Below, in pieces: positions 16,393-31,435 of a DNA stretch of 64,000 nt. The notes beneath the pieces were generated by a model. That model had not been told where the DNA came from, made no database searches, and saw nothing but the letters and a program-made list of their open reading frames with translations. The DNA is from Geosiphon pyriformis uo1. Its lineage: Eukaryota > Fungi > Glomeromycota. The stretch spans positions 1-64,000 of the forward strand of contig JAAOMT010000439.1 in NCBI GenBank assembly GCA_016748015.1, in the 5' to 3' direction. How positions within the stretch are numbered: position 1 is the first letter of the stretch; each line of letters starts with the position of its first letter. Both the position numbers and the translations under genes were made by a program.

Positions 16393-19020
16393 AAAACTTA
16401 ATTATAAACAATATAAATTAAACATGTTATATTTAAATATAAAAAAATTTTTGTTATTATTATTATTATTATTATTTTATTTATGTTTATATTAAATTAA
16501 ATATCAAAATAAAATTTATATTTTTTATATTTTTATAATTATACTCAGGACAAAAAATAGAAAAGTTGTAATTTCTTTATTTTTTAAAACATTTAATAAT
16601 ATTTTTATTAATAAAACAGTTATTATTATTAAAACTATTTAATAAAAAAAAAATTTTTAAATAAATAATAATAAACTATTTTTTTATTAATTTTAAAAAA
16701 CCATTTTTGTTTTTGTTTAAAAGTTTTTTTCTTTTAAAGTTTTTTATAAAAGTTTATTTAAAATAGTTTTAATATAATTTTTATATTTTTTAAAAGCTTT
16801 AAAGTTTTTAATAAGAAGTTAAAAATTATTTTTTTCTTTTATTTTTTTTTTACTACTGTTTAAATAACTAAAAAAGCCAAATTAACTAAAAAACAATTTT
16901 TTTAAACTTTTATTATGTTTAATAACAACTTTTTTAAAATATTAAAAAATTTTTTTTTGGTATTTTTAATATTAATTCTAATATTTTAAAGCTAGTTTTT
17001 TTTTGTTTTTTTGTTAATTCTGTATTATTTGTCTTAATTATAAATAAAAAAAAATTTATTTTGAATGATAACAATAAAAATATATTGATTTTTTTAATCT
17101 AAATTAAGTTTTAATTATATTATTTAATATATTAATTTACAATTTTTTTTAATTAATTTATCAAATTATTGTTTTTAATAATACTTGAAAAATAATTGTT
17201 AATTATTAAAAACTTTTTTAATAAGTAATTTTTATTTTAGTATTTAATATTTTTTTAAAATTAAATCAACTTATATTAAAACTGTTTTTTGATTTTATTA
17301 ATATAAAACTAAATTTTAAAAATAATATTAAATTGTTTTGTATAAAATTTATATTTTAAAATTTTTTAAATATTACTTTATTAAGTTTATCAAAAAAAAA
17401 TTATTTTTAAAGTTGTAAGAACTTTTATAATTTTTGTTTTTATTTTTGTTATTATTATTGTTTTTATAATGTTTTTTTAGGTTTTTATAAACAATATTTA
17501 TGTATTTTTGGCAAAATTTTTAATATTAAATTAAAATTTATTGGCTAATAACAATAAAATATTGTTTATTTTAAATAATATATAGTTTTAAATATTGCTT
17601 TAATTTGCTAATTAATTCTTATATATTATATTAAATAATAGTTAAACTACATATTAAATAAAAAAAATTAGTTTTTATACAAAAAAACAATATACAAATT
17701 TAATTTTATTAAATTAAAAATACTTTTAAATTCAAGATTAATAAATTTTTTTCTGGTCTTATTGTTTTTAAGATTAATAATCTGGTTTTTTAGTATATAA
17801 TAATATTTGTTTTATTTTTAAAATTTTTAATTTTTAAAAAACTTAGATATTACAATTATTAAAATTAGTACTTTAAAAAAAATGTTGTATTTAATAAAAA
17901 AATTTTAATTATTAATATTGTTTTAAATATAAAGATTTAAATTATTTAGTTTTTAATTACAAAGTGTTTTTATTATTTTTTTAAAATTTTTATTTAAGTT
18001 TATAATTAGCTTAAAAAATTTTGTGTTTTACTTTATTAATACAAATTTTATGTTAAAACTGTTGTTTTTTTGGTTTTTTTATTATTGTTATTGTTATTGT
18101 TATTGTTATTGTTATTATTATTAATTTTGTAATTGGTTTTAAGTTAACTTTTTTAAAATTTAAATTAATTAAATTGGTTTTATTAATTAGATTTGTTATT
18201 AAATTTATTAATATACTGGTTTTTTTGATTATAAAGTTAATTAAAAGTTTTTTTTAAATATTAAAATAAAATAAAAATTTTTTATAATTGAAAAAAATAT
18301 TGTATTATTAAAAAAGTTATTGATAATTTAGACAAAAAAATAGTAATTTTAAAACAAAATATAATATAAATAATAATAATGTTATGTTTAACATAAAAAA
18401 CCCAAGTTTTTTAATAAATAAATAAATTTTTATAAAATTAATAATATTTTAAGAAGTTTAAACTTTTAATATTAAATTTAATACAAATAAATCTTTTGTA
18501 TAATTAATTAATTTGGTTGTAATTATACAGAAAAAAATTGTTTTAAATAAGTTTACTTTTGTAATTTTAATTTGGTTTAGTTTAAATTAAGTCTGTATTT
18601 AATTATATGTAAAAAATATGTAAATTAGATTAAATTAAATATTAAATTAATTTTTATTAAAAATAGAATAATATATATATATATTTTAATTTACATTTAT
18701 AAATAAATTAAAACTTGAAATTTTTTTTTAAAATATTAAGTATTTTTATAAATTTCAACTAAAAAAAAAATTATTTTGTTTTAGTATATGTAAAATTTAA
18801 TTAGTATATTATTTTTTTTAATTGATAATATAATCTTACATAATTTTAATAAATATAAAATTAAAATTAAATTAATAGTAGGTTTAAGTTTTCAATTATT
18901 AATAATTAAAATTATATATCTTTAAAAAAACCCTAAAAATAACATAAATGTATAAACATTACATAAAAAAAAAATAGTTATTTTTAAATATTTAAATATT
19001 ATTTTTTATTATATAAAAAA
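16393..19020 (-). mobile_element. Extremely AT-rich relic, probably Ty3/Gypsy gag region
   Basis: Very high AT; ~18100-18605 is homologous (inverted) to ~27847-28250 and similar to ~44350-44500; residual Gln-run-like (CAA/TAA)n on minus strand. Confidence 0.5.
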
Positions 19021-19325
19021 TATACTTTGAGATTTCTGCAACAATGTTTTGATTTTGTAAATTATGCTAAAAATTGTTAGTAAACAAACATTCGATTAAA
19101 GAAACTTATTCAGAAGATACTAAATACAAATTAGAAGTCAGAATGGCTTTTGAATTAAGATTGACCTACCCAAAAAACTTGATTGGCCAAAAAGATAGAT
19201 AAATAATGTGAAATGTTTGGTTATATAGTGCGAATTTGGTGACAGGCTTGGAACTTTAAAGATTACTTCCTTTTCTCTTTTATAAGCCTCAACGCTGGAC
19301 TCAATTTCTTTCGGGGATAATAGTA

Positions 19326-22300
19326 ATGTACAGAAATAATGTCAAGGAAGAGAAACCACAACCTGCTTCTTCTGTTGAATATACCTATTCTACAGAGAAT
19401 AGTTATAATCCCAGTCCTTACTATGATGGGCAGCCAATAACCTTAGCCCATAGCGATACACTAGGAACCGTTCATTCCCAAACTCCTGTTACGACCGAGC
19501 AATTCTATGATAATTCAACTTATAATTACGGTTCTTCCTACTATAATGATCAAGAACATTCACAATATTATGACTATTCCCAGCAGCAACAACAACCTTA
19601 CTACGACCAGAATCTTGCACAATACGATCCAGGCACTTACGATTCATCTTACGGCTATTATTACGACCAAACTTATGCTCAGAATCAAGCATATGATTCT
19701 TCGCACTATACGGCTGACCCCGCCTTATATCATAGATACGGGGAAGAGTTCGGAACCACAAATGTAAAGACGGAATCGGACATAAATAGTGCTAATCTCA
19801 AAACGAATTCATCTAGCGCACCTTTCGTACAGTCTGATCCCAATGATCCTGTCGCTTTTTTCGACTCTCTTTGCAATAACCCTACTGAAATCACAGGAGG
19901 GAATCAACATTTTGAAGAAGCAAAATCAACTCATACTGCTGATCAAAGCCTTGGCGCCTCTCAAAACGAATTTCGTTATTTTGATCACTATTTACCCAGT
20001 AATGAAACATCTAATTATTATAATTATCTAACCGAAGACAGTCAATTCGATGATAAAACTCATCTTTCTGAAGTTCCTGATGAACGTAACGAACATTCAA
20101 ATGTTTCCACCAAGTCTTCCGAGAAACCGAGTGTTGAGACGGCGGCGAACGAGCAGAATGTTACAGCATTATCTTTTCAATCCTTTAACGATCCATTACT
20201 GGTTAGTGTCAATTCAGCTGAGTTTGTCTCTGCCAACAAAGAATCACCACAGACAATAGGAACTCATAATCCATTTAAGGAACAAAATCATCCTGCTTCG
20301 TTTTCTGAATCCCTTGACCCTGCGCCGCCGAATGAGGATGAATCTTTCTCTTTGTCCCAAAATTTTTTGATAAAACCTGACATCAGATCGAACGACCCAA
20401 GTGACTCAATTTCATTCGTTCAATCTGATGATCATGCAGCACTTCAAAATGGTAAATTGCTTTCTATCCGCCAGAAATCATCCGAAAAAATGGGATCTGA
20501 GAGTGTGGAAAATGATACAGTATCATCCTTTCAATCCCCTAACCAGGGATCAATTTATGATATTGAATCAGTTTCCGAGTCCCAAACATCTTCAGAGAAA
20601 GTGAAACTTGAGACTGCATTAAATGAACAAAATGAGATAGCCCCTTTTTCTCAATCTTTCGATGACGAATTATCTCATGGAATCGAGTTCGTTTCTAACA
20701 ATCGAGAGTCGCAAGAAAAACAGCGTGTTCTTAAAGAACCAACTCAAAGTGAATCAACTGAAACTGATTTAGACGGTTGCAATAAGTCAATCTCTTATGG
20801 TGGGTCAAGCATTGGAGAAATGGGTACAGAAGTAATCTCTCCATCTCATGAAATCATTCAACACGCTAGTGAAGATATAGTATCCAATTTTTATCCGGAA
20901 TCTGATTCAAATTATCAAATTCACCAGGATGTTGAACTACTTGATAAAATAAAAAATTTATCCATAGATAATGATCAAAATATTTATGAGACAAACTATA
21001 ATGGCATGAGTACATTTAGCGATAATGCTCTGATACAAGAAAGCTCTTTTGAACAGTTGGATGCTCAATCATTGCCATCTAAATTTGATAATTTTTCAGT
21101 GGTATCATCAGCGATCAAAGCAGATATGCCTTCTCTTTCAAACATGGAAAGTAATGAAAATATTACAAAAGCTTTTCACCTAGGAGAACACCAAGATATA
21201 TTTGGGGTTGCGCTGAGTGGAAATTTGGAAAATACAGAAGTAAAATCATTATCTCCCATCAATATTCTTGAAACTGCAGATCTCATAAAGGAAAAAGAAG
21301 GAATTGATTTGCAAAAAAATGCAGAATTTTACAATTTAGAAGAAACACAAAAAGAAATTGGCATTTTTGAAGGAGGTGATCAAGATTTGTTTGAAGAAGC
21401 ATCGCAGACTAATCCATATTACTCTGATTACAGCTACTACAATGGGCAAGAGTGGCAACAGCAAGTCTATGGGGATTACTCAAATGCTTATTCCTCTATA
21501 TACGAGCAGAAAGATATTGGAGAAGCTAATACCCAAAAAATTGAAACAGAATGGAGAAGTCAACATCCAGACCATGATATCAAACCTTCTAGTCAATCAC
21601 ATCAACCCATCCTAAAATCAGAGACCAATTTGCTATCATCATTTGTTGGATCTTCAGATTTCCATCCTCCAGTAATTTTCTGTTCATATCCTAATTGCCG
21701 AGGAGAAAACAAAATCACTGCCAAGTTTTGTTGTGAATGTGGTCGACCCCTTAGTAATTCATCTGTAGTGGACACGCCTACGGTCAATGTTGCTGAAGGT
21801 TCGTTTAATCCATTAGTTCCGCCTACGACGTCTTATATTCATCCTCAGGACTCCTTTTCCGCGGAATCTTTCAATTACCCAATTGCAGCCATGATTCCCA
21901 ATATGCAATCACCTTATTCAATACCACCGTTTGATCAAGGGAATACAAATGGTATATATTACGATGGTCAAAATTACCAAGAACCTATTAATGTCTATGG
22001 AAATGATGCTGTGAATGATCCCCTACAGAGATGTAAAGGATGTCCAATAATTGCTTTCGGCTTTGGTGGACAGATTTTAACAATGTTCCCTCGAAGAGTC
22101 CAACGTTTTACAAGTGCAGAACAACATATGCCTATAACAAAATTTGCACCTGGCGTGTTGATGATTCGGACTTTGAAAGATATTGGAAAAAACATTCCTT
22201 TAGTAAAAAACGAAAGTTTTCCTGGGCCATTATTGATGGATAATAATAAAGGCGGCATCAGGGCAAAAAGGAAAGATGTTTTAAAATATATTGAGACTCA

Positions 22301-25300
22301 ATCGAAAGAGGCACAAATCAAAGTGAATGCGTCTATTGGCTCTGAGGTTGAAAAACAAAATTACGAAGCTTCAGCTATTCTCTGGAATTTACTAAAGATT
22401 ATTATGGAGAATGATGGGTGCTTAGTAGGAAAGTGAGTACTACTTTTTCTATTAGCTGAAACGAAACTTGATGTTCTTGAATGGAAATTTTATAATCATC
22501 TTGACATATTAAGTAAAAAGGTCGAAGGATCGGTTTGTGATGTTTTGATAACATCAGCAGTTGATGGACCTGAGGATTCAAATGTCGGCTTCACTGTACC
22601 CGCTGATACCGGATTGGAGTCACATCAAGAAATTACCGAATCATCTCCTCAACCTTTGACCACATATACTGTTGCCCCCGAGTCCCTCAATAAGATGCAA
22701 AAATTGTTGCTCAAGGGCGATCGAGTAGCGGCAGTTAGACTAGCGATGGTCGAAAATCTTTGGGCGCATGCATTAATTATTGCAAGTTGTGTTAATAAAG
22801 ATCTGTGGAAAGAAGTTGTAAATGGATTTGTCAGGCAAGAACTTAGTGTACCGCCAGGCGAGATAGAACGATCTAATGGGCGCGAAAGCTTAAGAGTGCT
22901 CTATTCTTTGCTTTCTGGACAAGGACAAAATGCCAGTAAGCATTATCCATCGATGTCATCTTTACGACTAGAATGAATATATTGTTTTGTGAGAATTCAT
23001 CTAATAATTAAACTTCACATGTTTCAGTCAATGAATTTTTGCCACAAACCTCCCTCTTGAACCGAGGTCCGCCGTTAATAAGTCCTACATCATCTTTTCC
23101 TTTGGTAGCCAATGCCGGTCAATTCGCTACTCAGAGTAACTCTAACTATAATTCCAATCCCGTTTCACCCATTTACGCCTCTCCTACCTTCAACAATGTC
23201 TCGATTGAGAGTTTGAGCAAATGGCGTGAAACTGTTGCTATGGTTTTAGCCAATAGGGCACCAGGTGATAGCCAATTGATTACAACATTAGGTGATACCC
23301 TCAAAGAACATGGATGGATTCTGGCGGCCCATGCCTGGTAGGATTTATTATGTTTCTATTTTGGATCCCTGTTTATTTACAATTGATCTTATTCGCTTTT
23401 CATTTTATCTATTCGCAAAAGCTACCTTCTCTCTCCACAAACATCTATTCATTCAGGAATTGATGCGCCCAATTCTCGGTTTAGCCTCATTGGGAGTGAT
23501 TACACTCGTACTCCTAATATCGGTCACTTTCGTGATTTTAGTTCGCTCCATTCCACAGAAATATACGAATTCGCACTTACGCTCAAAAAAAATAATGAAG
23601 GTGGTTTACCCTTTTTACAACCATATAAACTTATTTATGCATGGTGGTTAGTAGATTGCGGATACATACATGAAGCCAAAAGGTATGATGAATTTCCACG
23701 TTGTGGTCTCTTTTGATTATTACAGCTTTAATCTTTCTGGTCAATATAGATATTGTGAATCTATTGCAAATATTGTGAAAGTTTATACCAAAGGGTCACC
23801 ATATTTTCATGGTTGCTTTTTGGAAAAATTAAAAGAGCTTACCCATCGGTTACTTGAACATGGTGATGGTAATCAAAGGTGAGTTTTTATTTCTTTCATC
23901 AGATATAAATAATTACTAATAGGTTTTACAAAATCTTCTATACAATCATCTCAGCAACAGTGAATCATCTTCATGGCTCTTTGCCAAGAAAATGTCAAAA
24001 CCTACTCTCGATTCACTTTGGGGTTCTTTAGAAGGGAAATTTAACAAATTTGTTGCCGGAGATACAGTAGAAGAGCAAGAAAAGACTTCTGGTTTGCATA
24101 AGCAAGATATTGTTGGTCCTTTTTCCCATTTTAGCGCGATTACCCAGCCAACAACGGCAGGTGTCCCAACTCGAAGTGCATCTGCCGCGGAGTTTCGACC
24201 CCCTATTGACATGTTGGTCGATACAAGACGTTCAGCTACGCCAAATGGTATGCCTCAAAGGTATGTTGTGGCTTCCCAAAGAAGGTCTTCAACACCTGGA
24301 GCTGGCAGGAAAAATACTAGTCCCATTAATGGATACAATACTTTCAGTCCTAATATCTCTGAGGGTCAGGTATCCATGACTCCTGTCCCCGAGGGTGATA
24401 GTCCTTTCTTCAATTCTTCATTAGACGATCGCAGCAATTATTTCGGATTTTTCGGAAGGGATAGTGGAGAATATCAGCGGGAACAACAACAATTGGCAGT
24501 CACAAATGGATCCAGTAATGGTTATAATTGGCAAACACAGCAACAATCGAATGGTGATGGTTACCACACCAGTTCGGATAGTGGTTATGGGAGAAATTCA
24601 TTTGAAAGTGACGCTACCAGACAGCACCCTCAACAACCGCCATACAATATATATCAGCCTTCAACTGATTCTGCTTCCGGTTATAACAATTCTTCGGCAT
24701 GGTGGAATAATTCGTTTGTCCCTACGGAAGAGAATTCGACTAGTGAACCAACAGAACAAATTCAAGGACAGGTTGACGATTACGAGTCAGCCCAATTCAT
24801 ATCTCCCATGGGCAGTGGTGTCCCAATACCTACTGCATCCAGCTCCATCTCACGAAACGATGATAATCATAAAAGCAATTGGCAAGACGCGGACGATCTG
24901 GGTTTAGGTAATAACTCGTTTAGCGCCAAAAGGCAAGCGAAAGATACAACAAAAGCGACTGAGAACAATACCCAACAAAATGTGGCAAGATCCCCTGACA
25001 AGGAAGAACAAAAAGCTCCATCAAATTCTGAGAACAAAGGTTGTGTCAATTTTTTAAAAGATTCTTATTATTCAAAATTATTAAATTATATAAACATTTT
25101 ACAGCTACACAGAAGAAAGGAGGGGGATGGTTTGGTGGATGGTTCACGAAAAAGGAAAGCAGCGGAGGTAATGGTAAAACAGCAAACTTAGGTGAAGAAA
25201 ACTCGTTTGCGTATGATCCTGTGTTGAAAAAATGGGTCAATAAAAAGGTAAGAGAATTATTTGGATATTTTACTTCTCAACCCATTTTTATGTTAAGTTT

Positions 25301-25606
25301 GGTCTTTTCTTTTATGAACAGTCTGGTTCCGAAACGATTTCCAACACCTTACCACCGCCACCACCACCGTCTGCGCCCTCGCGCGCTAAAACTGAATCCC
25401 CCACACGGACAGCCTCAATTATTCCCCCTTCTAAACAAAATTCGTTGCCGCTGCCACCAGCTGGAAATCCTCCTCAAGCTTCTATGAATGAAGGCCCTTA
25501 TCCATCTTTTGTAGGAAAAGGAGGGTATCGTAGTACTTCTAGTGCAAGTACAAGAAAGCATCGTCCAAAATATGTAGATATAATGAATCAGCCACCTGCC
25601 AGCTGA
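19326..25606 (+). CDS. SEC16: COPII coat assembly protein Sec16, multi-exon
   Basis: PIIAFGFGG, FPGPL, LLLKGDR..AV..A..LWAHALIIAS, KWRETVAMVLANR, AAHACYL, C-terminal ANLGEENSFAYDPVLKKWVNKK and KYVDIM; TGA 25604-25606. Confidence 0.93.
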
Positions 25607-26002
25607 ATTTTAGCATCAGCCAACTTATCGGACCAGATTTAATCAATTATAGGGTTAAGTCCAGATTAATAGACATTCGAAGGGCGTTCGTTACTTGCAT
25701 AACGAAGGTTTACCTCTATTCTGAATAGATTTGGTGCAAAAGGACTATTGTTTATTTCTTTATTTACTGCTATTAGAGATGGTAGAATTCGTCTAAAAGT
25801 ATTGTAATTATTTATTTTTTTCAGTTTTGATTAATAACATTGAGTAAAGTTGTGATTTTTTTCATTTGTAAATATTTTCTCAGAGCATGAGAAATTTGCC
25901 AAATTCAGTTTCCCCTTTATTTTAGTATTTTAATCCATTCTACATTCACTCAATGAAAATGATTAATGGAGCATTCTTTCAGACAAACGCTAATTTTCTT
26001 TG

Positions 26003-26690
26003 TTAATCCTCATCATCATCATCTTCCTCTTGGTTGGTAATATTGAAGTACCTTATTTGGTAGGTGGTCTAATTTAATAGAAAATTTAATTTAAATAGTA
26101 AAGATATTTGAAATCTTCATGGTATCAAATATTGAGTGCGGCAATTACTTACTTTATCAACTGAAACTACACGAAGCCAATCACGAATTTGATTCTTCTT
26201 CATAAACTTTTTCGTCAAGTATTTAAGGTAGCGTTTGGCAAATTGGGGAGTGTTGGTGGTCACCGTGATTTTGTGATCAGTTTGGTCGCGGGAAATGACG
26301 ATAGCATCACCAAGTTGTCCTGTTCGGCCATTAATTTTGATACGGTCATGAAGAAACTTCTCCTTTAATTATTGAGCCATATTTTTTGTTCCAATTGTAG
26401 CAAACAAGGGGGATTAACCTAATGATCGAAATATTTGGTTTTCAAGCATCAGAAATCACTTACGAAGGCTTTCGCATCGAATATCTTATCTTGGGCGGGA
26501 GCTGATGCATCAATCACAAACTTCTGTGATGTTCTCTTTGTCTTGGGTGCATTTTTTGCCTGTGAAATTTAATCAAAAGTGTTTTTATGAAAAACTAAAG
26601 ATCGAAAATCAAATATTTGGTTTTGTTTTTGAGAGCCTTGATTTTATCCCTTTGACTAAAAATTCCAAAGATACTCACTGCGGGGGGCAT
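26003..26690 (-). CDS. RPL22: 60S ribosomal protein eL22, 4 exons
   Basis: [68 protein letters not shown] + acidic tail. Confidence 0.96.
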
Positions 26691-26819
26691 CTTTGATAAT
26701 AACTCTGATATATATAAATAAAATTGTGTTTGCTACAGAAAAGATGACCAAGAAACGATTTTCGGTTGAGGAAATTTCTTTTCTTAACACTGCAATGTGA
26801 AAAAATTTAGCACGCACCA

Positions 26820-27500
26820 GTCACATGATATTATCATTGCGCTCTAAAAACTGGTTTCTGGAACCAGTTCTTGATATTTTAGCCAATGAAAAATTGCAAT
26901 TGCGCGAAAAGGCCATGAATAATAACCATAATGATCTTGATAGCAAAAGAGGAAAGAGATCAAGAACATTATTATTGCTTAAAATATTAAAATCAAACTG
27001 CTTAGCGATTTTATTAAAATGCGACAACAAGGAATTTCTTCAAAAAAAACCGAGTACAAGTGCTTCAAGAAGTCATGTTATCTATATTTTTAGAAGCATC
27101 CACATTTTTATTAACAATAAAACTGGTCTCTTTAACATAACACTTTTTTATGTTCTTAATATTTGATTTTTTACTAATACTATCATAAAAGCTGTCAACT
27201 TCATTATTCCAAAACACAGATTCAAAATTCTTGTCAGATTCGACCATTTCTGTGTGTTAAAAGACCAGCAAAAGAATTTATTACTAATATTTTAACACTA
27301 AGCTTTCTGGTCTTTTTGTTTACTTTACTCAAAATATATTTAAAATTATTTTTTTGCATTTGAACAAGTCTCTTTACTATCTCTTTTTTGTTATATTAAC
27401 AGCAGAAAATTTTTATTATGTTTGGTTTTATAAACAAAAACATATTAAAGAAAAAAACTATAAAAGAAATATAAATATTAAAATATTTTTTCAATTATTT
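26820..27500 (-). mobile_element. Degenerate 5' fragment of a LINE ORF1
   Basis: FWNNEVDSFYDSISKKSNIKNIKKCYVKETSF aligns with SWGSRVGSISGSISGLLNVKNLENLVAKETSY of ORF1 at 37528-37995. Confidence 0.65.
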
Positions 27501-27569
27501 TTTGTTTTCTTTATAATTAAAAGATTAATAAGAGAAAAGAATTTTTATTATATTAATTTATAATTTATT

Positions 27570-28320
27570 TGAACAATAAGTAAAAAACAAAAAAGTAAAA
27601 TAAAAATCAATATATAATTCTTAAAAATTAATACTTAAAAAATTTTATTTTAATAAAAATACTTGATTTATAATATTATTACAAATATTAAATTTTAATT
27701 ATTTGGTTTTAGTTAATAAATCTGTTTTTTTAGTTTTACCAAAGTATTTAATTTAAAAATTTTGTTTTAAATTAATTAATTAAATTTTTATTATGTTTTT
27801 TTTATGTTTAATAAAATAAATCCAATTATTATTTAATACAATATAATTAAAACAGTTTAAATTTAATTATTTAACTAAATTATAAAAGTAACTTATTTAA
27901 TATAATTACAATTAAATTATTATTACAAAATAATTATTTATATAACAGTTTTATTTGTATTAAATTTAATATTAAAAGTTTAAAGCTTTTAAATTCAATT
28001 ATTCTAACAAAAAAATTTTATTAACAAAAAACTTAAATTATTATTAAACATATTGCTATTAAATATATTATTTATATATTATTTTATTTTAAAATTAATT
28101 ATTTTTTTTGTTTAAATTACCAAAAATACCAATATTTTTTTTAATTACAAAAGAATTTTCTTTTTTTTAGTATTTAAAAACAAAAATTATTCATTAATTC
28201 TATATTTAAGACAATTAAAAAACCAATAAATTTAATTAACACAATTAAATTAACTAAATTAAATTCTAAAAAAATTATTTTAAAATTAATAAAAAATTAA
28301 TAACAATAAAAAAAAAATAT
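27570..28320 (+). repeat. AT-rich relic, inverted homolog of the 18.1-18.6 kb repeat
   Basis: Shared strings such as TTTGTATTAAATTTAATATTAAAAGTTTAAA present in reverse complement at ~18465-18490. Confidence 0.65.
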
Positions 28321-28329
28321 AAGTTTATT

Positions 28330-31302
28330 TAACTTTTTTAGTGGTTTTTCATTGTATAAACTCTTTATATAGTCTAATTTTAAAGAGATTAAAAAATACA
28401 TAAACATTGTTTTAGTTAGTAATAATCTTTGAAATTTGTTTTTTAATCAACAAGTTTACTGTTTGGATAAGTTTTTTAATATTAATTATTTTGTCATATT
28501 AATAAACATTAATTTAAGAAGATTTCTTAATTTTTAGCTTAATTCAGTAATAAACAAGTTATTAGAAATAAATAAAAATACAAAGTCTGTAAGATTAATA
28601 AAAAAATTTGAAAGAAGTTTAAAAGTTTGTTATTGGCTGTTGCTTTAACTGCTGCTAAAAACTTTAATAATTGCAAAAAAAAAAAGCTAACTTTAATAAA
28701 ATGTAGTAGTTATTTAATAAGATAGTATGTTTTATAGTTAATACTATTTTTTTAAAAACATAGTATTAAAATAATAAAGTAACCAAAAATACTGTATTTT
28801 CTAAGTTTTACAGACTGAAATTGCTAGTATTAAGAATTTTAAAGACATATTAATTAGAAAATTTAGAAGAACTTTAGACTTTAGTTAACAAATAGATTTT
28901 TTTGAATCCTAATTAGACAGTTAAATTCAAATAATTTTTTGATAATAATTATGATAAAATATTAATTGACCAATTATTGGTTCATTCTAGAAAAATTCAT
29001 AAGTTTTATAAAATATTAGAATCTAAAGCTATTAAAAATTTTTATATTAAATTTGTTATTACCAAATATATAAAAGCTTTTGTTAACAACAAGAATCAAA
29101 TAATAAGAAGTGTGTTAAAAAAACTTTTTAGAAAAATTATATTAGATTATTTAGTTAACAATAATAAATTAGTTTTAAAATTCAATTTGGTTAAGTATAG
29201 AGTTAATTCAATTATAAAAAATTAGACCAGAAAATATACAGTTAAAACTACTATTTTTTTTATTGGCAAAGACAATTTGCATCTTTTAATTATGTTAATG
29301 ATAATATATTTTCTAGTATAATATTACAAGTTGGTTTTGATAAGTTTTTTTTAATGATTAAAAATTTTTCTAATAATAAAGCTGTTGAATTGTCTAATAT
29401 CTCTAATAAAATATAAAGGCATTATAACAAGTTTGTTTTAAATTATTTGTTGTGTCTACTTAATTTATGCTTAATAATTAAATCAGTTTTTGATGTTTAA
29501 AAAAAAGCCTAAATGTTAATAATTTCAAAATTATATAAATAAAAAAACATTCTAATAAACATCAGACTTATTGTTTTTATTAAAACTACAAAAAAAAATT
29601 TTTAAAAAATTTTGTTTAATTATATTTTTAAGGTCTGCAACAAATACAAAATTTTATGCAAAAACAATTTCTCAGTTTTAAAATGCACTTTAATTTAGTT
29701 TTTTATCTTTGTTATTGAGTTTGTTATTAAAAATGCTTTTAAAAAAAATAAAAAAATCTAGTTAGTGCTCCAAAACATACACAAAATTTATGATTTAATA
29801 AGCTAGTTACATCTAAAAAACAGTTTAAAACAAGTAAAAATATGTAACAAGTTTATTAAATTTTTTGGTTATATTTATAATAATTATATAAATAGAATTA
29901 TAACAAACTTTGATTTGTTTAAGAATTATATAATTTATAATAGACTTAATTAGAATGAAGTTTTCTTGTCTTTTTTTTGGAGAATTTTTTACAACTCTCT
30001 TTTGTGTAAAGTAAAAAAAAAAAATATCTGTTCAGATTCCAAATTTGTTGCTAAAACTGGCAAAATTAAATCTAATATTGGTCTGACTTTTTATTTAACT
30101 ATTAATGCTTTTGTGAATGATATAATTTGAATTGGTAACTATAGAATTACAATACAAAACATTGTTAATATATTCTTTAATATCATAAATATTTTAATAA
30201 ATATGAACAAAACAGTGATTATTCTAATCAATTCAATAACCAATAATGTTTTTTTAAGCATAAGTAAGTTTTCTATTTCAATTGTAAAAACTGACAAAGC
30301 TAATTGGTATTTAGGTATTTTTTTGTCAACTAAAAGTTTTTCTGGTTCAAACTTAAAAAAAGCAAATTTAAATATAAAGTTTTTTTTATTTATGGTTTTA
30401 TACAAAGCTATATTAAACAAACAATTTTTTTATATGGTTTTAGCTGTTTTACAGCCTATTATTGAATGCAAAATTTAGTTCAGCTTTATCAGTAAAAGTA
30501 TATATAAGAAGTAAAATTGTTTGATTAAAAAGAAGTTAAAGTTTAAGACCAGTTTGTTCAAAGATTTTTCTAATAAAACTATGTATTATTTATCTTTATA
30601 TAATTTAAGACTTTTTAATCAAGTCCAAATAAAAGAGAAAGTAATATCAGTAATGAATTTTTGGCCAGTTTTTTAAACACAAGTTGTTAAATCTGCAGAT
30701 TTTAAGTTGAGTTTTTCAAATTTTTTTTAGTTTTTTATAAAATTAAAAATTAATTTTATAAACAATTTTCTGGCTGGTATTATTAAAATTTTTTTGTACA
30801 ATAATATATTTTTGTCTACTGGTTTATTTAATGCTTTTTGTTTTAAGTATGGCATTTTTATTTTGGATATTCTGAATTAAATAGATTATTTTCGGATTTA
30901 TAGATTACTAAAACACTTTATTATTTTTGTGGACCAACTTCTAAATAGTCATGAAAAATGTTTTGCTTAGAAAAATTTTTGTTGGTAAAAATAGTTGAAT
31001 TCTAGGAGTTTGATTCTTTTTTGGTTTATACAAATTTCAGATTTTGTTAAAAATAGTGATTTGACCCAAAATTTTTTATCTGTTTTTGAACATTTTTTTA
31101 AAATAAGTATGTTTAATACATTTGAATTTAGTGTTGTTTGTTTTAGATTAAAGAATACATCTTTGTCTAAAATTTTAATTTACACTAATAGTTCTGTTAA
31201 AAACTTTGGATTTTCTGATATTATTAATAATATAGCTGTTTATTTTTCTGATTTGAATTTGTATACAAAAATAAAGATTTATGAATTGTTGTTTTTAATT
31301 TT
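28330..31302 (+). mobile_element. Old AT-eroded LINE ORF2 (late APE, RT, start of RNase H), left part
   Basis: IIRSVLKKLFRKIILDYLV, AFVND, YLGIFLST, IYTNSSVK align with the intact-frame LINE ORF2; many stops. Confidence 0.85.
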
Positions 31303-31435
31303 TATTTATTTATTAAAGTTTAACGAATGAAATCCAAACGCCACCTAGTGCTATACATTATACAAATGATCTAAACTAGGCGTGAATCATGCTTTTGCTA
31401 CACATGACCAGACACTCAGACTAGTCAGAACAATA

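Noticed and set aside
16393-19020. Mitochondrial insertion, endosymbiont DNA or centromere
   Set aside because: No organellar or bacterial genes; homologous to other eroded TE relics in the window
26070-26465. Intronic snoRNA in RPL22
   Set aside because: No properly spaced C/D boxes or H/ACA hairpins seen in these short introns
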